Shown here: positions 55,477-64,000 of the stretch, piece after piece
How the letters are laid out: every line of letters starts with the position of its first letter
How positions within the stretch are numbered: position 1 is the stretch's first letter
Assembly (NCBI GenBank): GCA_000405225.1
Contig: ASMP01000002.1
Span: forward strand, 70,073 to 134,072
DNA from: Nanoarchaeota archaeon SCGC AAA011-D5
GTDB taxonomy: Archaea > Nanobdellota > Nanobdellia > Pacearchaeales > GW2011-AR1
Direction of reading: 5' to 3'
Length of the DNA: 64,000 nt
The notes under the pieces: generated by a model
Databases searched by the model: none
What the model was told of the DNA's origin: nothing
Seen by the model: only the letters and a program-made list of their open reading frames with translations
Position numbers and translations under genes: made by a program

Positions 55477-56921
55477 AATCCAGTTGATCCTGCTGGCGGC
55501 TGCGGCTCTCTGGTTTGCACTTAGACATGCAAGTTGTTTCTCTTAGAAATAGGAGGAAAGCGAACTGCTCAGTAACACGTAGCTAACCTACACTTAGGTC
55601 AAGGATAACCTCGGGAAACTGAGGCTAAACCCTGATAAATGTGAGACCCTGGAAAGAACTCACATTCAAACTCGCGCCTAAGGATGGGGCTGCGGCGGAT
55701 TAGGTAGTTGGCGGGGTAATAGCCCACCAAGCCTGTGATCCGTAAGGGCTCTTAGCGGAGAGGCCCTGAGAGGGAATCTGAGACACTATTCCCAGCCCTA
55801 CGGGGTGCAGCAGTTAGGAATCATCTGCAATGCGCGAAAGCGTGACAGTTTGAACCAGAGTGCTTCTCAATTGAGAAGCTTTTGCCAAATGTAAAAAGTT
55901 TGGCGAATAAGGACTGGGTAAGACGAGTGCCAGCCGCCGCGGTAATACTCGCGGTCCAAGTCGCAGCCACAATTATTGGGTCTAAAACATCCGTAGCTTG
56001 TCTGGTAAGTTCCTTGTGAAATCTTATCTCTTGAAGATGAGGCGTGCGAGGAATACTGCCAGACTAGAGACCGGTAGACGCAGGAAGTATGTTCGAAGTA
56101 GCGGTAAAATGCTTTAATCTCGGACAGACTCACAACAGCGAAGGCATCCTGCGAGAACGGTTCTGACTGTCAGGGATGAAGGCTAGGGGCGCAAAGTGGA
56201 TTAGATACCCATGTAGTCCTAGCAGTAAACACTGCACACTAAACATCAGTACCTCCTCGAGAGGCATTGGTGCTGCAGCGAAGGCGAAGAGTGTGCTACC
56301 TGGGAAGTATAGTCGCAAGGCCGAAACTTAAAGGAATAGGCGGGGAGACACTACAACGGGTGACGCGTGCGGTTCAATTAGATTCTACACCGTGAACCTC
56401 ACCAGGACCGACAGCAGAATGAAGGTCAGTCTGAAGGGCTTACCTGACACGCTGAGAGGAGTTGCATGGCCGACGTAAGCCTGTGTCGTGAGATGACCTG
56501 TTAAATCAGGTAACAGGCGAGACCCACATGTATATTTACTACGTGTACAATATACAGATTGCCTCGGTAACGTGGATGAAAGCGTGGGCAACGTTAGGTG
56601 AGTACAGCCTGAATGCCCTGGGCGACACGCGCGCGTCAATGGTGGATACAGTGGGATGCGACTCCGAAAGGAGAAGCTAATCTCTTAAAGTCCATCTCAG
56701 TCCAGATTGAAGCTTGCAATTCAGCTTCATGACGCTGGAATCCGTAGTAATCGTTTGTTAGCAGCGAACGGTGAATACGTCACTGTCTCTTGCACTCACT
56801 GCCCGTCAAACCAACCAAGTTGTGTTATGGTGAAACCAGTTTTGGGAGAACCTTAGCATGGTGAGGTAGGTTAAGTCGTCACAAGGTATCTGTAGGGGAA
56901 CCTGCAGATGGATCACCTCCT
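55477..56921 (+). rRNA. rrs: 16S rRNA (archaeal, no intron)
   Basis: AATCCAGTTGATCCTG 5' end, GTGCCAGCCGCCGCGGTAA, 3' GGATCACCTCCT. Confidence 0.98.
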
Positions 56922-57074
56922 AAAATTTAAAGATACGAGACAAGAGAAATCACAACAAAATAATTGTTTCTACATACTCATCTAGTTTCAGAAAAGTCCA
57001 AGTGGAAAACGGGCAAGCGTTTAGTTTTTAATAATAAAAAATTTAAAAACAACTGCTGGCTCATTTTTTGTTAT

Positions 57075-57145
57075 GGGCCTGTAGTCTAATGGTAAAACAC
57101 TTCGCTTGCACCGATGAGCTCCGAGTTCGATTCTCGGCAGGTCCA
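57075..57145 (+). tRNA. tRNA-Ala(UGC), CCA not encoded
   Basis: Cloverleaf with TGC anticodon, G3:U70 pair, A73; single mismatches in D and anticodon stems. Confidence 0.92.
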
Positions 57146-57171
57146 TAAGTTTTTCTGAAATAAATTAGTTA

Positions 57172-57273
57172 ACTGAAAACCACCTGCGGGTTTTTCACAA
57201 TTCCTGCAGCTAGGTTAGATCACAAATCATATTCACTGAAAACCACCTGCGGGTTTTTCACAATTCCTGCAGC
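57172..57273. repeat. 39-bp direct repeat x2 in ITS
   Basis: 57172-57210 = 57235-57273, separated by 24 nt. Confidence 0.9.
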
Positions 57274-58627
57274 CGTGGACGTGAAAACATGGTGAGGGAA
57301 GAAGTTCCTTTATCAGTTTGAGAAAATAACTCACAATTATTTTCAATGAGATAAGCAACGAATGGTTTTCCTGATTTAGAAGGACATACTATTACCGACG
57401 CTGTTAGATGGATGGCTTGGTTTTGGTTTCGATGAAAGACGTGGCAAGCTGCGATAAGCTTGGGGGAGCCGCATGCAAGCTTTGATCCCAAGATTTCTGA
57501 ATCGTGCACCCATGTTTACATGGTCTGCAAGAATACGCCGGGAATTGAAACATCTTAGTACCGGCAGGAAGAGAAAATAAATTAATGATTCCCCTATTAG
57601 CAGAGAGCGAAAAGGGAAGAGGGCAAACCGAATCTCCTCTTGAAAGGGAGGCAGAGATGTGGTGAGCGTAAATTCCTAAGTCGTCGAGTCAAACTTCTCT
57701 GGAATGAGAGGCCTTGGAGAGTGATAGCCTCGTAGACGAAGATGATATGGAGTTGCTTTAAAGAGTAGGGCTCCCTGGATTGGGGGTCTGAATACGGCAG
57801 GATTAACTGCCAACCCTAAATAAAACCAAAGTCCGATAGCGCACTAGTACCGCGAGGGAATGCTGAAAAGAACCCGTAACAGGGAGTGAAAAGATCTGAA
57901 ATCTAACAGTTACAGTTTGTTACTGCCCTTTCCTCTTCGGAGGATTGGGGTTGTAACGTACGTTTCGAAGAACGAGCCAGGGAGTTTATTTGTGTGGCGA
58001 GGCTAATCATCTATAATGAGTAACCGAAGCGAAAGCAAGTTGGAAACAGCGAGAGTCACACGAATCAGACCTGAAGCCAGGTGATCTAATCATGGGCAAG
58101 GTGAAGTCTTCCGAAAGGAGGATGGAGGCCTGAACCAGTGTTGTGTACATGCACTTGGATGATCTGTGATTAGGGGTGAAAAGCCTATCTAACCTGGTGA
58201 TGGCTGGTTCCTGCTGAAATATGCCTCCGTATAGTCTTGTCTAGCTTGTCGACGGTGTAAAGTACGGATAAAATTTGCAGAGGCTAATGCCTACGGAATT
58301 TTTTCCAACTCAGAATCTGTCGACTGCATAGGACAAGAAACAGGGTGTGTATGTAAGATACACCTCCGAGACCCAAAAAAGGGAGACCAGAGTTAAGGTC
58401 CCTAAATTCATGCTAAGTGCGACAAAAGGTGTCCTGGACCTGAGACACTAGGGATGTAAGCTTAGAAGCAGCTATCATTTAAAGAAAGCGTAACAGCTCA
58501 CCTATCGAGGCCCAAGGCCCTGAAAATGGACGGGGCTAAGCATGGTACCGATACTCTGGAGGCACTCGGTTTAAAATAGTATAACAAAAATCAAAGATTT
58601 TTGTGCGTCTGCCAAGATGGTAGGCGC

Positions 58628-59140
58628 GGGAAGAATTTTTTATATGAAATAGGAAAAGAAAAGGTTTTTAAACTTTAAAGTAACAACAAAATTATGAATT
58701 TGAAGACGCTCCTTACAACAAAAAAAGATGAAAGAATAATGATGGATTTTGCTAGAGGAAAGATTAATTATTTAGAGGATGGTTTTCTTCAAAAAAATTT
58801 CCCAGACTTGTTTAGAAATCTTAAAAGTTATCGCGGTAGATGGGATGAGTTTGGAGAAGAACTTGAAAGAAGGTGTATAGAAAGAACAAGAGATATTTCA
58901 CAAAGAAAGGTAGATTATGGTGCAATACTTCATAATGTTGGAGTTGCTATTCCATTTTATTTTTTTACTGCACTCGTTAATATTGTTGGTGGTCTTGGTG
59001 GGGGGATTCATAAAACCCAAGAGATGCTTGATGAGGATTTAAGACCATATATGAAACCAACTTATAAATTGGCAAATTCTAATTAAAATATAATTCACAA
59101 ATCATATTCAACGAAAGTTGATTTCATAATTAATTCTTCC
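58628..59140 (+). mobile_element. Inverted-repeat-bounded gene cassette, copy 2 (inside 23S)
   Basis: Ends match 51175-51197 and 51503-51540; left and right ends pair 9 bp + 8 bp. Confidence 0.8.
58694..59086 (+). CDS. Cassette cargo: hypothetical 130-aa protein with hydrophobic segment
   Basis: Intact ORF with upstream TTTTAAA box; no LAGLIDADG/HNH/GIY-YIG motif seen. Confidence 0.7.
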   Translation: MNLKTLLTTKKDERIMMDFARGKINYLEDGFLQKNFPDLFRNLKSYRGRWDEFGEELERRCIERTRDISQRKVDYGAILHNVGVAIPFYFFTALVNIVGGLGGGIHKTQEMLDEDLRPYMKPTYKLANSN

Positions 59141-59838
59141 TGTACTATACAGAGTGTTCTGGTAAGCAGGCGTCTTTTCTGCGTCGAAGCTTCTTCGAGA
59201 GAAGGGGTGGAGCGGAAAGGAATGAGAATCCTGGTGGTAGTAGGATGTGATTTCTCTGAGAAAGAGAAACGTCGAAAGGGTAAGGTTTCCTTGGCAATAT
59301 ATTTTAGCCAAGGGTTAGTCAGCGCCTAAGTTGTGCCCTAACAGAGTACGACGATGGACAACAGGTTAATATTCCTGTACTGATCAAATTTTACATTTTA
59401 GGAAAGCTTTCGGATAAGCAAGCACCCGGAAGGGTGTTCTGGGAAAGAGACGGGGGGAGCGTAATGCAAAGATCTCTGTGAATTTTTCAGACAAAATTTC
59501 TGACTCCGAGAGCCAGTGAAAAGTTCTAGAGTTAAACGAGTTTGGTTAGCTGTACCCACAACCGACACTGGTGCCCTAGCTGAGAAGGCTAAGACGTGAA
59601 AGGAAAAACCAACTAAGGGAATTCGGCATATTGGTCCTGTAGCTTCGGCTGAAGGGATGTCTATCTTTGTGCTTCGGTTCGCAAGAATTTTAGGTGCATC
59701 GGTAGATTACAATAACAAAGATGGCCCGACTGTTTACCAAAAACGTAGCCAAGTGCTAATCTGTAAAGACTTGTATACTTGGTGAGCCCTGCCCAGTGGC
59801 GGTGTCTGAAACCCCTTTTCAAGGGGGCTAATGCCCGT

Positions 59839-59875
<37 letters not shown>

Positions 59876-60519
59876 GTAATGCCTTGTCGTCTGAATGGCG
59901 ACGTGCATGAATGGGTTAACGTGGTTGTCACTGTCCCTAGTTGGGACCTTCTGAACACACTTCGTGGTGAAAAGGCCACGGACGCCTAGTGGGAAGCGGA
60001 GACCTTGTGGAACTTTACTGCAACTTGTTGTTGTAATTTTAAGTGGAATGCATAGAATAGGTAGGAGCGTCGAGTCCCTCTTTTCGGAGGGGGAGGAGCG
60101 AAAGTGTAATACTACCCATTTTTATTAGAATTGCTTACCGTTTACGGAACAGCAGCAGGCGGGCAGTTTGGCTGGGGCGGCGCCCTGTCGAAAAGATATC
60201 GATAGGACCCAAAGTCAAGCTCATCCGGCTTGGAAACCCGGAGTTGAGTGCGAGGGCAAAAGCTTGACTGACTGTATTCTGAAAAGCAAGGAATGCAGGG
60301 ACGAAAGTCTGGCCTAGTGAACCCACGTGCTTTTTTAATAGAAGCCGTGTCTGATAGAAAAGTTACCCCAAGGATAACAGGCTTGTCGCACCCGATAGTC
60401 CATATTGACGGTGCGGTTTGGTACATCGCTGTCGGCTCTACCTATCCTGCGCGTGCAGAAGCGTGCAAGGGTGTCGGAGTTCACGCATTAAAAGGTATCG
60501 TTAGCTGGGTTAAGAACGT

Positions 60520-60842
60520 CAAAAATAGACCCAATTAACAGATAAGTACTGAACAAAGAACTTGACAAGCAAAAAATAAATAATTAACGCGGCGTTGCGC
60601 ACGAGTAATTGTGCGAAAAATAAAATCAGCTCATATCGGTGGAGGCTTGATGTTTAAATTGATTAAACTGTCAGCATCATGTTAATACCGAGGGAAGTCG
60701 TAATTGACCCCGTAGAGACTTAGAGTTTAAAACTCTGGAGTTCTGCTGTTAAAAGCAGAGCTAAGACGCTGATCTCCGTTGTGCAAACAACGGATGAAGG
60801 TATAGTCCATACAACACAAAATCATAAGTGTTGAGTAATATA
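60520..60842 (+). mobile_element. Group I intron (IA-like) at 23S position 2593, no homing endonuclease
   Basis: Exons GAACGT|CGCGAGACAG; IGS 60588-60596; P3 60625-60630/60768-60773; R GAGACT 60715-60720; S AAGGTATAGTCC 60797-60808; P8 with GCAA loop. Confidence 0.92.
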
Positions 60843-61099
60843 CGCGAGACAGTTTGTATGATATCTACTAGGTGTGTTGTTGTCTGAGTGGAACGAACTT
60901 GTAGTACGAGAGGAACCAGGTTCGGGAGCCTCTGGTGAGCAGTTGTCATCTGGCAGGCTGCATAGCTACGCTCCATACGGATAAGAGCTGAATGCATCTA
61001 AGCTCGAAGCCGCCCGCAAAACGAGACAACTAAGGCCGTCATAGAAGATGACGTTGATAGAGTTGGGGTGTAAGATTCAAGCTTTTGGTGAGGCGAGAA

Positions 61100-61217
61100 T
61101 TTCAGCCCACAACTACTAAAAGCCTCAATTTGAATTTTCTTTATAAGAAGATTCTATAATATGTTATGTCCACACAATTCTTTTTCAGAAAACCATTCGT
61201 TGTTTGTTGAGTTTTTT
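61100..61217 (+). repeat. 23S 3'-end repeat copy 1 (118 bp identical to 61891-62008)
   Basis: Exact direct repeat; first 39 bp also at 62571-62609. Confidence 0.95.
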
Positions 61218-61221
61218 GATT

Positions 61222-61542
61222 TTAATATCCAAATCTTCTTTCATAAGTCTTATGATCCATCCATTCAAGAATAATGGAGAAAACCAAGAGATTTTTTCCT
61301 TCTACACTATAAATCAATCTCCAAGCATCAGGCAAGTTATATTTCCATAAATTTTTAACATTATATTTTTTTAGGTATTCTTTTGGAATTAGCTTTTTAG
61401 GAATTTGTATTCCGCAAAAAGCATTATTTTCTATATCTTCAAAAGCTCTAGAAATGAGTCCATACATACTAGTGTCTTCATCTTCTAGTTTATGAAATGC
61501 ATTTTTTATTTTTTCACTGACAAACTGGATCTTACTTCTCAT
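61222..61542 (-). CDS. RelE/ParE-family toxin
   Basis: NLWKYNLPDAWRLIY...WMDHKTYERRFGY. Confidence 0.8.
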   Translation of the reverse strand: MRSKIQFVSEKIKNAFHKLEDEDTSMYGLISRAFEDIENNAFCGIQIPKKLIPKEYLKKYNVKNLWKYNLPDAWRLIYSVEGKNLLVFSIILEWMDHKTYERRFGY

Positions 61543-61831
61543 TTTTTCGCCACATAAGATGTGTTTTTTTCAACAACTTTTCAACATCTTTGGGATAATA
61601 AATCCATCCTATCTTCCCTTCAGAATCTACAGAAACCTTTCCAGATACTATCAGATAATCCAATATCAAGGAGAAAGTCTGATACATTACTCCCTTAGGA
61701 AGAGCACTCCAAAGCTGTTTTTTCCTGAACTCTCCGTCATGTTCTTTTATGAATTCCTCTACAAAAAGCACAGTATCCAGTCTAGGAAACCTTGCCGAAG
61801 GATTTTCTTTCCTTAACATGCTAAATGTCAT
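61532..61831 (-). CDS. Putative antitoxin (winged helix)
   Basis: PRLDTVLFVEEFI...YQTF..ILDYL; overlaps the toxin start. Confidence 0.65.
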   Translation of the reverse strand: MTFSMLRKENPSARFPRLDTVLFVEEFIKEHDGEFRKKQLWSALPKGVMYQTFSLILDYLIVSGKVSVDSEGKIGWIYYPKDVEKLLKKTHLMWRKNEK

Positions 61832-61890
61832 GGTTATATCAATTGATATACCTTTATAAATTTTTGGATTTTCTTATTTAGTTTAGGCTG

Positions 61891-62008
61891 TTTCAGCCCA
61901 CAACTACTAAAAGCCTCAATTTGAATTTTCTTTATAAGAAGATTCTATAATATGTTATGTCCACACAATTCTTTTTCAGAAAACCATTCGTTGTTTGTTG
62001 AGTTTTTT
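61891..62008 (+). repeat. 23S 3'-end repeat copy 2
   Basis: Identical to 61100-61217. Confidence 0.95.
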
Positions 62009-62047
62009 TATGATAAATCTTTTATACTTATATTTCCTTGTCTGTTC

Positions 62048-62359
62048 ATGAAGGAGTATTCTCTTTTATTTGATAAAGAATTTGTTAAAGCATACAGAAA
62101 ACTGGACAAATCGCTTCAGATAGAGGGAGACAAAAAACTTAAAAGATTAAAAATAAATCCAAGAGAGATTGGGAAACCTTTAAGATTTTTTCCAAATTTA
62201 TATGAATTGCATTTGAGGATGTACAGAATTTATTATGTGGTTGAGGAAGCAGAGATAAAGGTTCTCCTTCTGTCTATTTTGCACAAAGATGAGCAGGATA
62301 GATTTCTAAGAAGTCTAACAAAGGAAAGGATAAAGAGAATTATCGAAGAGAATTTCTAA
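62048..62359 (+). CDS. RelE/ParE-family toxin
   Basis: FDKEFVKAYRKL...NPREIGKPL...YELHLRMYRIYY; ATG 62048 preferred (ORF track 61952). Confidence 0.8.
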   Translation: MKEYSLLFDKEFVKAYRKLDKSLQIEGDKKLKRLKINPREIGKPLRFFPNLYELHLRMYRIYYVVEEAEIKVLLLSILHKDEQDRFLRSLTKERIKRIIEENF

Positions 62360-62507
62360 AGAATTCTTGTTCTGAAATGTAATTTCCAGAATTGATTCTA
62401 TTTAATGCTTCAGACAAATTTCTAATTAGTTTCCTGTTCATCAAAACAGCCAAGGCTCTCTTTAGCTCTTGGTTCTCTTCTCTTAGATTCTTCATTGCAG
62501 TATCCAT
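62340..62507 (-). CDS. Putative 55-aa antitoxin, convergent with toxin (not in ORF track)
   Basis: MDTAMKNLREENQELKRALAVLMNRKLIRNLSEALNRINSGNYISEQEFFRNSLR; upstream AAAAGTTTAAAAA promoter. Confidence 0.6.
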   Translation of the reverse strand: MDTAMKNLREENQELKRALAVLMNRKLIRNLSEALNRINSGNYISEQEFFRNSLR

Positions 62508-62570
62508 ATTTATCCTAAATGCCCAAAGTTTTTAAACTTTTACCCTGTTTTTAGGTTTCTTCGGCGACTG

Positions 62571-62644
62571 TTTCAGCCCACAACTACTAAAAGCCTCAAT
62601 TTGAATTTTATGTCTGGAAGAATCAGGAAAACCATTCGTTGCTT
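62571..62644 (+). repeat. 23S 3'-end repeat copy 3 (probable original) with perfect processing-stem strand
   Basis: 39-bp core, plus 62621-62644 is the exact reverse complement of pre-23S 57353-57376. Confidence 0.9.
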
Positions 62645-62654
62645 GTTGAGTTTT

Positions 62655-63038
62655 TTATCTCATTCTAACTAAACTCTTCAATACCCACCCATAATATGTT
62701 CCCTGATATCTGCTATCTGAAACAATTATCTTAACCCAATCGCCCTGTTCTTCTTCAATTAAAACTCGTACGCCCCCATTACAAAAATTGTCTGATTCAG
62801 GCAGCACATAATTAGATGCAAAATTTCCATTATCTGTTGGTTCTGTAAATAAAGGAACGGGTCCATTATCAATGCAAGTTCCATCGTCTTCTACTAAACT
62901 TAGATATCCTACTATTAAATTTTCAGAATTATTTGAAGAGGTTGCTTCTTTAGATAAAAATGGACTAGCAACAATACCAAGAATTATCAAACCAATGATG
63001 GCAGTTAAAATTGGATGTTTCTTTATCCAAGCATTCAT
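62655..63038 (-). CDS. Membrane-anchored protein with SH3-like C-terminus
   Basis: N-terminal TM; EEQGDWVKI...YYGWV pattern. Confidence 0.55.
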   Translation of the reverse strand: MNAWIKKHPILTAIIGLIILGIVASPFLSKEATSSNNSENLIVGYLSLVEDDGTCIDNGPVPLFTEPTDNGNFASNYVLPESDNFCNGGVRVLIEEEQGDWVKIIVSDSRYQGTYYGWVLKSLVRMR

Positions 63039-63088
63039 ACATTTTATAATTTCTCAAGCTATTTATATGTTGCTTTCATTCGTGCTTA

Positions 63089-63523
63089 TCAGTTGTTTTG
63101 TTTTTCCAAATCTAATCTTTTAAAAAATTCCTCTTCATTTCTTTCAATCATTTCCATCTCTTTCTCTATGTCTTCCTTAGCTTTGCTTTTACAATCAGCA
63201 CAGGAATCAAAAAAAAGAGGATTGTAATATTTCTTTTTACAATATTCACACAAGCGTAAACCTCTCTCTTCAATAAAATGACATTTTTTACATATAGTAG
63301 TTACTTTTGCTTCCTCATTGAAATATTCCTTTTTTGCTTTTTCCATTGCTTTCTCCAATCTCTCATAGTATCCTACTTCCTTTTTTGCTTTTTCCAAAGA
63401 GTCCCTGAAAGGAACTTCGTGATGAATTCCTAATTTTTCCTCACTGCCACATCTTTCGCATCTATCTTTAATTTTTCTCTCTTTAAATTGCTTGAATTCT
63501 TTAGTTCTCCAAATGTTTTTCAT
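63089..63523 (-). CDS. HNH-like Zn-binding protein
   Basis: CERCG..LGIHHEVP...TTICKKCH, further CxxC pairs. Confidence 0.65.
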   Translation of the reverse strand: MKNIWRTKEFKQFKERKIKDRCERCGSEEKLGIHHEVPFRDSLEKAKKEVGYYERLEKAMEKAKKEYFNEEAKVTTICKKCHFIEERGLRLCEYCKKKYYNPLFFDSCADCKSKAKEDIEKEMEMIERNEEEFFKRLDLEKQNN

Positions 63524-63569
63524 TTTTTCCTTTTATTCTAAACTATCTGTGCTTGTCTTAATTGTTTTT

Positions 63570-63992
63570 CTATTTAAAATATTCTGTAATTAAATCGAAT
63601 ATCATCTGTGGATTTTTATTATCTAATTCAGTTTTATTACTAATATGATAAAGTGAATGGGTTTTGTCATTGGCATCGTCTTTAAATTGCTCAGATAACT
63701 GAAGAATTCTTAACACTAGTTTTTTTTCTTGGGGGTCAAAAGCAGAGGCCTTATTTCTCAAATTTTTAATTAGGATAGATAAATCATGGGTTCGCCCCTC
63801 TGCTAAATCCAAGTATAATTCTTTTTCCTGTTTGGTATTATTTGGGAATTTCTTTTTTATCATTTCTGTAATTAAATTTTCTATAACTTTTCTTATCAAA
63901 ATAAATGAGGCAGTATAACAATTATGTGTATAACACCTGTTTATTTCATCTAAATGTGCCCTTAAAAATTTGTTCTGGGTTGTATATGTCAC
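63570..63992 (-). CDS. HEPN/DUF4145-like hypothetical protein (may extend beyond window)
   Basis: ASFILIRKVIENL helix, NDKTH; start at window edge uncertain. Confidence 0.5.
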   Translation of the reverse strand: MTYTTQNKFLRAHLDEINRCYTHNCYTASFILIRKVIENLITEMIKKKFPNNTKQEKELYLDLAEGRTHDLSILIKNLRNKASAFDPQEKKLVLRILQLSEQFKDDANDKTHSLYHISNKTELDNKNPQMIFDLITEYFK

Positions 63993-64000
63993 AAACTCTA

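Larger units (their letters stand above)
58568..59151 (+). other. Intervening sequence (584 nt) in 23S helix 45
   Basis: H45 basal stem 58561-58567/59152-59158 encloses an AT-rich ORF-bearing insert. Confidence 0.88.

Noticed and set aside
57172-57273. CRISPR mini-array in the ITS
   Set aside because: Only two repeats with a 24-nt gap, inside an rRNA spacer, and no cas genes or leader; better explained as a duplication.
58694-59086. Homing endonuclease or S23/Avd-like four-helix IVS protein in the 23S insert
   Set aside because: No LAGLIDADG, HNH or GIY-YIG motif and no recognisable S23 pattern. It cannot be the missing Avd on visible evidence; HHpred would be decisive.
61130-64000. 5S rRNA downstream of 23S
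   Set aside because: No 5S-like sequence seen; unlinked 5S is common in archaea.

Overview
Archaeal chromosome segment, most likely DPANN (Pacearchaeota-like; inferred from gene content, BRE/TATA promoters and rRNA style). The housekeeping backbone comprises a type IV pilus locus, oapABC, CCA-adding enzyme, aCPSF1, proteasome alpha/beta, Mre11/Rad50, RNase J, the pop5-psmA-SBDS-rrp4/41/42-rpoK-eno-rps2 superoperon and a 16S-tRNA-Ala-23S operon. Many small lineage-specific genes interrupt this backbone. Main observations: (1) A DGR TR/VR pair (97 nt, 19 mismatches, all at template adenines) with target gene and GAA-loop hairpin but no RT or avd in the window; a nested-paired ~310-nt RNA sits in their place. 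(2) A small inverted-repeat-bounded cassette with different cargo genes occurs once intergenically and once inside 23S helix 45. (3) The 23S 3' end is triplicated around two toxin-antitoxin cassettes, as if it were an integration site. (4) A graspetide-like (ATP-grasp RiPP) cluster has an unannotated-style 67-aa precursor. (5) A group I intron at 23S position 2593 appears to end in A, and several peptidyl-transferase-centre nucleotides are divergent. (6) A 24-bp promoter is shared by the DGR target(s) and orphan genes. All family calls come from motif recognition by eye; no database searches were run.
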